A stretch of DNA of 64,000 bases from contig NC_057731.1 in NCBI RefSeq assembly GCF_004010195.1, forward strand, positions 17,884,720-17,948,719, read 5' to 3'. Both the position numbers and the translations under genes were made by a program. Within the stretch, counting starts at the first letter, position 1; every line of letters begins with the position of its first letter. This DNA comes from Chiloscyllium plagiosum. Lineage: Eukaryota. This document shows, piece by piece, positions 50,841 through 64,000 of this stretch. The notes under the pieces are model-generated. The model saw only the letters and a program-made list of their open reading frames with translations, was not told the origin of the DNA and did no database searches.

Positions 50841-51519
50841 GTTCAAACTTTAGCGATACCTTTCTGGAGTAACCTTAGGTAGACTGGGCACTTTTCCGAG
50901 CCAAGAGTGACTAACTTAGGGCCCTTCATGAGTTTGCACAATGTACAGCAAGAAATGATCTGATCACAGTAGTCAACATTCTGTTGGATGGTTTGGAAGG
51001 CAACAGCATCTAGTCAGACATAAATTGTGGGCAACCATAAGCTTGTAAGTCTTCATCCAGCATAAGATCCTACTGTGACCTGCAAAAAATCCTAATTAAA
51101 TAATTGAGCAAGGTTCCTGCTTCTTATGATCGGGAATGCTCGCTGCCTATTGCAAAGTGAGCTAGAAAATTGAGTTGTTGGACGAATTTTTTCTTTGTCT
51201 GTTTATATTACTTCATTCTCCAAGTAAACAGGGCAGTACATATGAGAAAGTCACACCCCACTATGGTTGAGATGGTTCCAGTATTATAGTTAATCAAACA
51301 TTCACAAGCTTTAGCCGTTACATTAAGTGGCCATCCCCATTTCCTTTGAGAAGTGGAATCTTCAGATATCCTAAGTGATATGTCGTTCTCCAGACGTGGA
51401 AGCAAAGGAACAGTTGCTTTGTCTGAAAACGTAGCTGAGACAGGATTTAAAAAGTAATTCCTCATACAAGCTAATGGTAACGAAAGCATCATAAATTTCT
51501 CTTGAGGAAAATAGTGTTA

Positions 51520-51950
51520 AGTGCTCAGTGCAAAATTGCTCACACCTCTGATTTGAAAGGCTTTGGGCTCAATTCCCATAACAGAGACTTGAGCTCATAA
51601 TCTCAACTGTTACTTCCCTGAATTATCGAAGGAGGACTGCACAGATTATGATACTGTCTTTTGGATCAAACTTGAAACAGAAGCTAGGATATACCTACTC
51701 TCTTAGGTGAACAGATCCTAAGACTGTTTCAAAAAAAAGAGATCGGGGGTGCTTTGAACTTTATCCTTGGCAATATTTATCTCACAATCAACATCACTGA
51801 AACAAAATTATGTGACCATTATCTCTTTGTTGTTTATGGGACCATGTGTATGAGTTATCTGTCTTGTTCCTACATTATAGCACATTTCTTAAATACTTAA
51901 TTTGCCATGAAGAGCTTTGGGATTGAGTTCATGAAAGGTTCTTTATAGTT
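51520..51950 (+). mobile_element. Ancient Deu-domain SINE (SacSINE1/AmnSINE1-like)
   Basis: tRNA-like head, then gatcc..gactgtttcaaaaaaagag...tccttggcaatatttat...aacatcact...cattatc...tgtttatggga...tcctacatta...gctttggga...tgaaagg, as recalled for Deu-SINE consensus sequences. Not verified by alignment. Confidence 0.6.
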
Positions 51951-54103
51951 TAATTATAGCCATTCAAAATGTTTGAGACAATGAGAAAAGTCGTAACAAA
52001 TTTGGTATGAATCAGACAGTAGAATTAGCTCCTGCCTAATGAAGACACCGAAGACATAAGGTCACTAAGAAATGGTTAAGGCTCAAAAAAACGTTTCCTC
52101 ATGATGGCCAATGTTTGATTTGGGAAATAACACGGTCAGAATATCTAAAGTGAAAACATACATAAATAGGCTAACACATAAAGTTGTTGTCTTGGCAATT
52201 GGTTAAGCCCAGGTGCTATTGTTGTAACTAACAGCTCTTTATGAAAAAGGATGAAAGTGCAAGACTACATTTTGGTTGTTGAGAATTAAATCACAGACCT
52301 CTCCTTGATATGCAGTTTCTGCCGTAGGTATAGTCATGATTATGACCTGCAATGTTACTTGTGGTTGTCTATTTTAAAAACCAGTTAATGTGTCCCAAGA
52401 GAGTTGTGTTGGACCGAGCACAATGATTGTTTTATGAAGATTGCATAAATACAGCAAAAACTATTTATGAAAATTAAACACATATGCTCAATAATTTATC
52501 TTACAATTTTGCAAATATTTTTAAACAAATGCTTTCATTCTGGACACTGTTGGAGTTGTGACTCCAATAACCATGCACTCCAGCTCTTATGACAACATGA
52601 CTGAATTGAAAGATAAATGTTTGTTTTATAGTTGCCTGCTGTTAGATCAAAAGGTTCTCTAGCATTGTTCACCATGTCAGGTTTTGATATTGTGTGGAAA
52701 AAATGATTATTAAAATAACTTGCTTATCATTAGAATGACAAAGTGTTGTTTTGAGAACTAATGGTAGTCATTATGCTGAAAAGAGCCATACACTTCTGAC
52801 AGGGCAACTTAATTTTGTAATTTATCTGTAACCCATTGTACCATTATCAACCAAAGAAAAGTGAGAAAAGCTTTTGATACTTCAAAATGAAAATATTTCA
52901 TTTTGATGGATGACAAGCTTGCAGTTATTTATTTCCACCCAATCCGACTGAATTTCTAATTTCTCAATTTCTAAGGACGGAGTAACATCACTTTTGAAGA
53001 TTTTCTGAGACTGTGATGAAAAGTGGGTTCTGACTTTACTGATGATTCGCGGCCATTCACTTATGCAATCTTACTTGGGGCACCAATTAGAGGGTAAACT
53101 CTGGAAGCAGTGTGCATTTAAGACAGTGAGGTGAATAGGCATTTAGCTGGATCATGATCTTAAAGCCTAGAATATTGATGACGCTTATTTCCAGCTACAA
53201 ATGACCACACTCCTATCACGCATTTCCCCATCATCTCTGTCAATCATTATTCCTCACTCAGATTCAGATAGGATCACTGCTTCCTGAACACTGTGAATAG
53301 CTCCCTCTCTTTCTCATTCCCCTCTAGCAGAATTTTCTGCTTTTTGTGCTCTTTGCAAGTTATGGCATTTTGCAAGATATGGGTGACACTGGCTAGGTCA
53401 GCTTTTATGCCCAACCCTAATTGCCAGAGGGCAGCTAAGAGTCAATCACATTGCTGGGGTCTGGAGTGACATGTAGGCCAGACCAGGAAAGTATGGCTGA
53501 TTTTCTTCCATAAAGGACATAGTGAACCAGATGGGTTTTCCCAACAATTGATCCAATGGGATGCTTGCTGGTGCATATTTGTGTAGGGGAATCTGATTGG
53601 TGCATAAGCCTTGAAATCAGAGCAAAAACACTTTCAACATCCATCATATTACTCCCTTGTGACCTGTGCAACTTAAAACACAGAAAGCACCTAACACTTG
53701 TGGAATCAAAGTAACTAACAGAGAATATCAACCACCTTGCAATCTAAAATACTTTAACAATTCCTTTCAATAGAATTATTATAGGAATCCTTTCTACTGT
53801 TTAATTGCATTTTAGCATGTTTGGGGCTAAGAGAGGGGGTGAGCTGGAGTACTGACCTCTAAAATGGTCATGTTGACATCAAAGTAGCATTCATGTCCTT
53901 TAATGTCATGATCTTCCTGCTCCAGATACACCCAATCTATGTCCAACACATGAGGACAAACACCATAAGCAATATTGATTCTAATAACATTTGCCTGAAA
54001 ACAGTGCATCTACAGGCCCTATTTTGTAGCTGTATGGAACTTGTAGCGCACAAAGAACTGGATGCTACTGGGCCCAGTTTCTCCTTTGAAATTTCAAATT
54101 TGA

Positions 54104-54430
<327 letters not shown>

Positions 54431-55477
54431 TAATTACAATAATTTCTGTAAGAGTAATAAATACATATTTGATTTCTTAATGTCAAGCACATGAAATGGA
54501 GATGATTGACTTTATAACTTTACAATGTCTTTGTTAATATTAATTTTCCCTCCTAAACTAGATAGGGCAAGCTCTGCATGAAAAGCATGTCAAAATTTCC
54601 TCAAGGCCTCAATGGTGCAACTTGCACAGATGGAAAAATATGCATGAATATGATTTTCAGTGAAGTTACAATGGCTGAGAATAGTTACAGAGTTAGACCA
54701 TTTAAGCTCTACCATTAGCTATTAGCTCTCCCTTCACCTAACTCCATCGATATGCCTTGCTTTTGTATACTTAAAACATTTTTTTAAATCTTTCAGTTTA
54801 GAAGTTTGACATTTATCCAGGCTCAACAGTTTATTTCAGTGAAAAAACAATCTAGATTTACAAAATTATTTGAGTGATGAAGTGCTTGCTCTCAACATCC
54901 ACATGGCGTAGCTCCAGTTTTAAGGCGCCACCCCGTCTTTTAGACTTAGTTTGCTTTTAGTATTTTACTACAACTTGCCTCTGAAGTTAAGTTTCTTTCA
55001 GTCTTAGTAAGGGATGTACAAATTCCCTACCGTAGAGACAATTACAGTTAATTCATTAATTAAGTAGCTTGTTTGAACAAATTTTTCTACTCAGTGATAC
55101 TGATTCATCTTTGTAGAATTTCAGCTCGTATAAATGTGGTGGTCTTGCTATGTGTACAAAGTAAGATTTTAGACCAGACAGGCTTGTGCCTTTCAGACAT
55201 GAAAAGTGACTCCAATACAACAGTATCTTCTTCAGTCACTCTCTCTATATAATGTAATGAATGGAGTGTGTTCTGCCAGTTAGCTGTATGTGTGTGTATA
55301 ATGTGCAGTAATAATAGAAAGTACAGCCCAGATTGTTTATGTATATCTGTACCATAGCAGTGTAAATAGTTAGCATTGTTAATAAACTTCAAGACAACTG
55401 TCTCAACGAAACCCCAACTCTCTGTGAGATATGTTATCTGGGCTAAGTTATGGAAATCTGCAAAGTGTATCACAATG

Positions 55478-55593
55478 TGAAGGAGCATCGCTCCGAAAGC
55501 TAGTGTGCTTCCAATTAAACCTGTTGGACTATAACCTGGTGTTGTGTGATTTTTAACTTTGTACACCCCAGTCCAAAACCGGCATCTCCAAAT
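55478..55593 (+). mobile_element. Single arm of the fold-back HHR family, truncated within the HHR core
   Basis: tgaaggagcatcgctccgaaagctagtg...ctataacctggtgttgtgtgattttt...catctccaaat; homologous to 26173-26288. Confidence 0.85.
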
Positions 55594-55617
55594 AATGTAA
55601 TTCATGCTTTCATGCAG

Positions 55618-55689
55618 GAAATACTGGAAGATGGAGTTAGCTCGAAGGTTGAGAATTTGCAATGTGATGAGAAGTACAAAGCAAGAAAG
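55618..55689 (+). CDS. DNTT: TdT coding exon (exon 5 equivalent)
   Basis: catgcag|GAA ... AAG|gtaagc; 72 nt. EILEDGVSSKVENLQCDEKYKARK resembles TdT EIIEDGESSEV..VLNDERY.SFK. Confidence 0.93.
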
Positions 55690-55844
55690 GTAAGCAGATG
55701 TAAGAGGTGACAGCACATCAAGCCCAAAGCATTCAAAGTTAGTGCAGATACATTGTGGAGACATTTTAAACTTTGACAAGTTAGATTCTCTGGCCTATTT
55801 TGATTTTAAGGAAAAGTAATAGGGGTCTATTGAACGGGCTGCAA

Positions 55845-56160
55845 AATGTTGTGTAGAGGTCAGGGTGTGTCAAAGTCAGGATGTGTAATGGTCAGTGTGT
55901 TTAACAATCAGGGTGAATGAGTGTGTAATTGCCACGTTTGTGATGGCTAGTGTATGTAATGGGGGGGGGGGGGAGGTGTAACTGTCAGAATATGTAACAG
56001 TTGTGTGTATTGGCAGAGTCTAGAGCGAGTATGTGAAGTCAGAGCATAGTAGAGCTGGACTGTATAGATATCATGCTGTGTTATTGTCAGGGTGTGAATA
56101 TAGAGGACAAAGTGTGGAATAGGAAAACTGTTAAATGGGCAAATTTTGTAATAGTGAGAG
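55845..56160. repeat. Degenerate minisatellite (gtgtgtaatggtcag-like, ~18 bp); resumes at 58195-58457
   Basis: Recurrent (g/t)gtgtaat.gtcag.g units in both blocks. Confidence 0.55.
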
Positions 56161-56267
56161 GGATGGAATCGTCTAAGGGTCTGAGCATTGTAGTCTATGG
56201 CAAGGTGTGCTGCAGAATACGATCAGAATTCTGGTAAGGATCATCTCGACATTAGGAGCATCTCACT

Positions 56268-57140
56268 CATAGAGGTGTATAGCATGGAAACAGACTCTTT
56301 GGCCCAACTCATCCGTGCCGACCTAAATTAATCTAGTCCAATTTGCCAGGTCTTGGCCCATATTCCTCTAAACCCTTCCTTCTCACTTCCGCATCCAAAT
56401 GCCTTTTAAATGTTGTAATTGTGCCAGCCTCCACCACTTCCTCTGGCAGCTCATTTTATACGCACACCACCTTTTACATGAAAGTTTTGCCCCCTTGGTC
56501 CCTTTTAAATATTTCCCCTCTCACCTTAAATCTATGCCCTCTAGTTCTGGACTCCTCCACCCCAGAGAAAAGATCTTGTCTATTCACCCTATCTGTGCCC
56601 CTCATGATTTTATAAACCTCTATAAGGTGATCTCTCAGCCTCCCACGCTTAGGACAAAATAACCCCAGCCCATTCAGCCTCTCCCTGTAGCTAAAAACCT
56701 CCAACCGCGGAAATATCCTTGTAAATGTTTTCTGAACCCTTTCAAGCTTCACAAAATCCTTCCGATAGGAGGGAGACCAGAATTGCAAGCAATATTCAAA
56801 AAGTGACCTAACTAACGTCCTGTACAGCTGCAACATAACCTCCCAACTCATATACTTAATACTCTGACCAATAGAGGAAACATTACCAAATGCCTTTTTT
56901 ACTTCCTATCTACCTGTGACTCCACTTTCAAGGAAATATCAGCCTGTACTCCAAGGTCTGTTTGTTCAGCAACACTCCCCAGGACCTTACCATTAAGTGT
57001 ACAAGTCCTGCGCTGATTTGCCTTTGTAAAATGCAGCACCTTACATTTATCTAAATTAAACTTCATCCAACATTCCTCAGTCCATTGGCCCATCTAATCA
57101 AGGTCCCATTATACTCTGAGGTAACCTTTCTCGCTGTCCT
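56268..57140 (-). mobile_element. CR1 3' fragment
   Basis: SWEVMLQLYRTLVRSLFEYCLQFWSP...SRTRGHRFKVRG; MKFNLDKCKVLHF. Confidence 0.9.
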
Positions 57141-59019
57141 GCATTGACATTGTGAACTTGGCCCTATCAGTCAGAGATACTAGGCTGATATTACTGCTGT
57201 CTTAAGATGTTGTTTAGCTCAGAACCAAAACCTGCCTCAAAGCCATGAAAGTTGTCATAATTGTCAGGAGGCTTCAGTCAAGCCAAGGCAGGAAAGCCTT
57301 CTCTCAGGGAGTCTTGGCACAGTGAGTCAAGGGAAGCCTCCAGTAACAGACAAGGCACTATTTGGTCAGAGTCAGAATTCTATCCTCATAAGGGGTGAGA
57401 TGATCGATGGTTAACATACTCCGTCATGGAGTGAGAGAGAGGCAGCTATTCCAAAGATGAAAGTAGATGACACAGTTTTTACTGTTTGTGCAGGCGTGGA
57501 GGTGTCCCAAGCGAGTGAGTAGGCAGCCCAGAGAGCATACAGGGTTTGTGGTGTCTGGGGTTTGGGGTGGTTCAGGGTGAGTGGGGAGATGTTGCAGGCA
57601 ATAGAGAGAGGAGTAGAGCATGGGTCTTGGTGGGAGGTGAGTATAGTAACAGAGATAGAGTGACTGTAAGGTATTGGAGAGAAGATGGTGGCACTTTGAT
57701 GGAGTGGAGAAGGACATTAACCTTTTTTCTAAAATTATGGGCATATAGCCTTAAACTGGGTGGATGCCCCACACCAGGCTGCCACAGGGTGGTGTCATGG
57801 CCTCCACTGCTGGGTCTGGGGCTGCAAAGGAAATCCAGTATCTGTATTACCCTGTCCAGAAGGACCTCCATAACCCTGCCCATAAAGCAGGTTGCCAATT
57901 ACCCCTTGATTGCCTTGTCCAGGGCAGGGTAACTCCAAACTAACAGCACTTATTGGGATATATTATGGTCTTTTGAAGATGATGCAGGTCAAGCAAATGC
58001 TGGGATATCTGCCGAGTGACCGGTTGTTCTGCGAATGATGCAAGGTAAAGTGGGGTAGGAATCGGAGGTAGGGAGATGTCATAGGGGTGAGGTAGGTAAG
58101 TATGAGGTGATTTTGGTAAGATACAATGAGGCCTATAAAGAGAATCTCTCCAAAAAGATTGACACAATTTGAACTTAGTCAAAAAAAACAGTAAGTTTCA
58201 GTCTAGAGTGTAACATTCAGAGTGATTATTGGTCAGAATGTACAAATGTCCACTGTGTATATTGAACAGCATGTGTAATAGGCAATGCATGTAATAGTCA
58301 GAGTATGTATTGATTAGAGCACTTAAAGGATAAGGGGTGTAACAGTCAGGCTATGTAAAGATCATTGTGCATGATGGTCAAAGCATTTAATAGATGAGAT
58401 TTATAGTGAATGGGGTATTTAATGGATAAACTGTGTAATGACCACATGTGTTATGGTTATAGGATAAGGACATGAATGATAGTAAGATTGGGGGTGTGCA
58501 TCAATACTCTGGGCAACATCAATATGACAAAGAAGGTGGTGTTGGGTGTCTTGAAAAACATTAAAGTCGATAAGTCCTCAGGGTCTGATGGGATCTGTCC
58601 TAGGATACTAAGGAGGCAAGGGAGGAGATTCCATAAGCCTCGACAGAGATCTTTGTATCCTCTGTAGCCACAGGCAATGTTCCAGACTATTGGAGAATAG
58701 CAGATCTTATTCCTTTGTTTAAGAAGGGCAACAGAGGTAGTCAAGGAAATTATTGGCCAGTGACCCTTATGTTAGTGGTTAGGAAATTATTGGAGAAAAT
58801 TCTTAGGATCACAATTTAGTTGCATTTGGAGAAGAGTAGACTTATTAAGGATAGTCAGCATGGCTTTATGCAGGGGACATCTTGTCTCACAAATTTGATT
58901 TGAGTTTTTTGAGGAAGTAACAAAGATGATTGACGAGGGTAGGGCAGTGCATGTTGGATAAACGGGCTTTACTAGTAAAGCATTTGACCAGGTCTCTTAT
59001 GGTAGGCTGGTCCAGAAGA

Positions 59020-61328
59020 ATTGAATTGAATTGAATTTATTGTCACGTGTACTGAGGCTCAGTGAAAAGCTTTATCTTACGAGCAATATAGGCAGATCAC
59101 ATAGTTAAATAGCATAGATAAATAAATAATAGGTAAACAGCGGCAAAAACAAAAACACAAGTACAGGCAAATGCTAAGAGTTTGTGAGTCCATTCAGTAT
59201 TTTAACAACAGTAGGGTAGAAACTATTTTGAAATTGGCTGGTGCATGTGTTCAAGCTTCTGTACCTTCTCCCCAATGATGGAGGTTGTCGGAAAACATTA
59301 CCAGGATGGGATGGATCTTTGAGAATACTGGCGGCCTTTCCTTGACAGCGGGCGTGGTAGATGGATTCTATAGATGGGAGGTTGGCCTTTGTGATTGCCC
59401 GGGTTGAGTTCACCACTCTCTGTAACCATCTCCGATCTTGAATGGTACAGTTGCCATACCAGGTAATGATACATCCAGACAGAATGCTCTCAATGGCACA
59501 CCTATAAAAGTTAGCCAGGGTATTCACCATCATGCCAAATTTTCTCAGCTGTCTAATGAAGAAGAGATGTTGGGCCTTTGTAACCAGTGCATCTACATGA
59601 AGAGTCCAAGAAAGCTTGTATTGATGTCCACTCCCAGGAGCTTGACACTCTCCACTTGTTCCACCTCTGTGCTGTTAATGTGTAGGGGGGCATAAGTAAC
59701 ATCCCACCGAAAGTCAATAATGAGTTCCTTGGTTTTGCCGGCATTGAGAGCTAGGTTATTCTCAGTGCACCATTTTTTCAGGTCTTCTACCACGTGTCTG
59801 TAGTCTGTTCCATCGCCATCTGAGATTCGACCGACTATGGTGATGTCATCAGTGAACTTGTAAATGGCATTAGTCTGGTATTTGGCGACACAGTCATGGG
59901 TGTGCAGTGAGTACAGTAGGGGACTGAGTATGCACCACTGGTGGGCTCCAGTGTTGAGCGTTAGTGAGGATGAAATATAGCTGCAAGATGATTACATTTA
60001 CAAGATGATTAGGGGTTTAGATAAGGTCGACAGTGAGAATCTTTTTCCACGTATGGAGTCAGCTATTACAAGGGGGCATAGCTTTAAATTAAGGGGTGGT
60101 AGGTATAGGACAGATGTTAGGGGTAGATTCTTTACTCAGCGAGTCGTGAGTTCATGGAATGCCCTGCCAGTAGCAGTGGTGGACTCTCCCTCATTATGGG
60201 CATTTAAGCGGGCATTGGATAGGCATATGGAGGATAGTGGCGTCGTATAGGTTAGGTGGGCTTGGATCGGCGCAACATCTGGCGGCCTTTCCTTGACAGC
60301 GGGCGTGGTAGATGGATTCTATAGATGGGAGGTTGGCCTTTGTGATTGCCCGGATTGAGTTCACCACTCTCTGTAACCATCTCCGATCTTGAATGGTACA
60401 GTTGCCATACCCAGGTAATGATACGTCCAGACAGAATGCTCTCAATGGCACACCTATAAAGGTTAGCCAGGGTATTCACCATCATGCCAAATTTTCTCAG
60501 CTGTCTGATGAAGAAGAGATGTTGGTCCTTTGTAACCAGTGCATCTACATGAAGAGTCCAAGAAAGCTTGTAATGATGTCCACTCCCAGGAGCTTGACAC
60601 TCTCCACTTGTTCCACCTCTGTGCTGTTAATGTGTAGGGGGGCATAAGTAACATCCCACCGAAAGTCAATAAAGAGTTCCTTGGTTTTGCCGGCATTGAG
60701 AGCTAGGTTATTCTCAGTGCACCATTTTTTCAGGTCTTCTACCACCCGTCTGTAGTCTGTTCCAAGGCCATCTGAGATTCGACCGACTATGGTGATGTCA
60801 TCAGTGAACTTGTAAATGGCATTAGTCTGGTATTTGGCGACACAGTCATGGGTGTGCAGTGAGTACAGTAGGGGACTGAGTATGCACCACTGGTGGGCTC
60901 CAGTATTGAGCATTAGTGAGGATGAAATATTGTCCCCAGTCTTCACTGATTGTGGTCTGTGGGTCAGGAAACTGAGGATCCAGTTGCAGAGAGTGTGACT
61001 TAGTCCGGGATCACTAAGTTTAGTTATCAGTCTCGAGGGGATAATAGTGTTGAAGGCTGAACTATAGTCAATGAGTAGGATTCTTACGTAGCTGTTCTTG
61101 GTGTCAAGATGTTCTAGGGAGGAGTTAAGGGCAAGTGATATGGCATCTGACATGGACCTGTTGGTCCGATAGGCAAATTGGAGTGGGTCAAGAGTAGTGG
61201 AGAGACTGGAGTTGATTAATGCCACGACCGGCCTTTCAAAGCACTTCATGACCCCTGAAGTTCGGGCCGTTGGGCAGTAGTCATTGAGACATGCTGCATG
61301 AGCCTTCTTAGGCAAAGGGATGGTGTTG
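59020..61328 (-). mobile_element. 5'-truncated Rex1/Babar-clade LINE with internal 651-bp duplication
   Basis: PKK...CLNDY.P.A.TS.VMKCFER, LDPLQFAYR.NRS..DAI, YVRILLIDYSSAFNTIIP, KFTDDITIVG; (TTCAA)n tail at 59020-59038. Confidence 0.9.
59979..60278 (+). mobile_element. CR1 3' fragment between the duplicated Rex1 segments
   Basis: MIRGLDKVDSENLFP...TRGHSFKLRGGRYRTDVRGRFFTQRVVSSWNALP; lacks the terminal tail. Confidence 0.85.
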
Positions 61329-62369
61329 GAAGATTAAGTTACATGGAATCCATAGTGAGTTGGCAAATTGTATACAAAATTAGCTTGATCATAGAAGACA
61401 GAGGGTAGTTGTGGAGAGGTGTTTTTCTGACTGGAGGTGTGTGACCAGTGGTGTTTCACAAGGAGCAGTGCTGGAATATCTGTAATATTCACCTCTGTAC
61501 AACTATCCATCTTAGCCATGCCTCTCATAACTTTATACATTTCTATCAGGTCGTCCCTCAGCCTCCAATGCTGTTTCGTAAACAATCCAGTTTTGTCCAA
61601 CCTCTCCTGATAGCTAATGCATTCCAACCCAGGCAACATCCTAGTTTTGCACCCGTTCCTAAGCCTCAGGATTCAGTTGAACAGAAAAATTGTAATATTT
61701 ACAAATGATTCGGATAAAAATATAGGTGGCCTGATTAGTAAGTTTACAGATGGTACAAAAATTGGTGGAGTTATGGATAGTGAGGAAGGTTATCAACAGG
61801 TACATCAGAATATAGATTAGTTGGAAAGTTGGGTGGAGATGAAGTTTAATCTGGGCAAGTGTGAAATGATGCATTTTGGGAGGTCAAATGCAAGAGAAAA
61901 ATGTACAGTAAATAGTAGGACCCTTGGGCACATTGATATACAGAAGGATCTTGGGGTGCAAGTCCAAAGCTCCCTGAAAGTAGCAACACCATTGGATAAG
62001 GTGGTGAAGAAAGTGTCCGGCATGTTTGCCTTCATTGGTCAGGACTTTGAATAGAGAAGTTGGCAAGTCACACTGCAGCTATATAAAATTTACTTTAGGC
62101 CACATTTGGAATATTGTGTACAGTTCTGATCACCACACTGTTGGAGGATGTGGAGGCTTTGTAAAGGGTGCAAAACCAGGAGGTTGCCTGGGATGGAATG
62201 CATTAGCTATCAGAAGAGGTTGGACAAAACTGGATTGTTTACAGTACAGCATCGGAGGCTGAGGGACGACCTGATAGAAATGTATAAAATTATGAGAGGC
62301 ATGGCTAAGGTGGATAGTTGAAGATTTTTTTCCCAGGGTGAAAATTTAAAATGCTAGGGGGCAGAGGAG

Positions 62370-62478
62370 CCCCATTTATTTCTCCACCCCCGAGGCTCTC
62401 AGCCTCATTCCTGATGAAGGGCTTTTTCCTGCACCTCAGATGCTGTCTGACCTGCTGTGCTTTTCTAGCACCCCACTG
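62370..62478 (+). mobile_element. PLE 3' fragment with internally deleted HHR
   Basis: cattcctgatgaagggcttt joined directly to tcctgcacctcagatgctg; the GAAACGUC half is missing. Confidence 0.65.
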
Positions 62479-63330
62479 CAGAAAAAAATTAACCTGCTGC
62501 TTTTTTTTGGTGAGAGTGTGTGGGGTCCAGTTATTGGGAGGAAACAGGAAGACTGAAGTACTTTTATTCTCAAATCCAGAGGAGAGGATATGGTCAGATC
62601 CCAGAAGTGAGGAATCTTTGACTGTGGTCTGGGCGAGGTGTTATCTCAATGGTGGGGTTGGGGGTTCAGTGTTTGGCAAGTGGATAACTTGGTGAACTAT
62701 GAGGATGCATCCCTACTCTTTCTGACCCAGAACATCACCCTGCCTCTCAAGCTGTAAGGAACTGAGATTTGGTAACCTCAAACTTATTGAGGTTGAATAC
62801 ATAAGACAAGTTAAGTGTGAAACGTCTGAGCTCAATAAACTATTCAAGTGGGAATCTGCTTCCTGTAGCAGGCCTGCCACCTGTCCACAGATAGAAAGTT
62901 TGGGATCTAGTTTGAAATTTTAAAAATGTATGTATTGTGTTCAGTCTAATCCACTTGTATATGCTTTTCAGCATTAGCCACGTTATGTAGCTATTAAGAC
63001 CAATACAGCATAAAGATGGATACATGCAAGCAAATCAGGAGGAGTTTAGCAATTAATATTTCGTATCACTGTGGTTAATTTATATGCAAAACAAAACTTT
63101 GGAATTTAGTTTAGAAAGTAGCGTGAACAGGGTTATAAGAGTTATTTATTTTAATTTAGTAAAACCTTATCAGATAAAAGTTGCATTTCTGTTTAAAGCT
63201 TTTTGTCTCCCTATAATGTTTTGATGTAATTGTTTAAAAATCACTGTCAAAGTGAAAGCAATGAATGTGTAGTACAATGATGATGCATGGCAGAGTATAT
63301 ATATCCAGCTAACCATTTATTTAATCGTAG

Positions 63331-63498
<168 letters not shown>

Positions 63499-64000
63499 TA
63501 ACTTCATGGTAAAAAAGTTATGCATAACTGTACTTCTAATTGCCTTTTATTTCTCAGGTATTTCCATGCTGTACATATGTGAAACTAAGAAGCAAAGGTA
63601 AAACTTGTGTCCAAACTGTATAGGACTGAATTCATATCATGATTTTCATTGGTTTTACTCACCGGTTGTGCTAGGCTTCCATGATCCTGCTCAAAATTAC
63701 CATCACCTGACTTCAATTTCCCTCCCCAAATTGGCAGGACCACTCCTGAACAATCCCCCATTCTTGCCCAGTAGATATACAGATTGGCTGAGCCTCAGTT
63801 CCAGGACTGTTTCTGTGCCAATGACTGTGGTTACTGTAGCTCTCCATGAATTCCTAGGTGCAAATGGCTCTGGGCTGGGCTGCTGGCTGGATAGCTCCAT
63901 GATTCTTCTGAAGAGAAGTGAGGGCCTTGTCCAGGCTTCCAGTAATTCTGTTTCTGTCCCAAACCTTTACCTGAGTTAAATCTTAGGATCAGCAGAGGCC

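Larger units (their letters stand above)
58490..62362 (+). mobile_element. CR1 RT region split by a Rex1-like insertion (pieces 58490-59019 and 61329-62362)
   Basis: IKVDKSSGSDGICPRIL; the sequence resumes across a short gaaga duplication; ISKFTDGTKIGG, MKFNLGKCEMMHFGR. Confidence 0.85.

Noticed and set aside
55105-55779. 224-aa minus-strand ORF overlapping exon 5
   Set aside because: It runs through a repeat arm and antisense exon sequence and has no recognisable domain; a chance ORF.
55845-58457. CRISPR-like or functional repeat array
   Set aside because: Eukaryotic degenerate minisatellite with no constant repeat and unique spacer pattern.

Overview
Vertebrate genomic DNA. The repeat families and GC content point to a cartilaginous fish, probably a shark (inference, not a database result). 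The window covers five coding exons on the + strand of terminal deoxynucleotidyl transferase (DNTT/TdT; exons equivalent to human 2-6, BRCT through 8-kDa/fingers region). The introns are about 40.2, 12.9, 1.2 and 7.6 kb and are filled with nested retroelements: CR1, L2, L1/Tx1, Rex1/Babar, tRNA-derived SINEs, a Deu-type SINE, and a decayed two-gene PIF/Harbinger DNA transposon. The most notable signal is a dense set of Penelope-like elements (PLEs) and short derivatives carrying about 15 minimal type-I hammerhead ribozyme (HHR) motifs from several sequence families, with covarying helices. These include non-coding fold-back elements with one HHR per strand and clear TSDs, two ~100-nt insertions that begin at the predicted HHR cleavage site, and a near full-length PLE with a twin-priming-type inversion. 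Almost all ORFs in the supplied track are spurious or are TE fragments.
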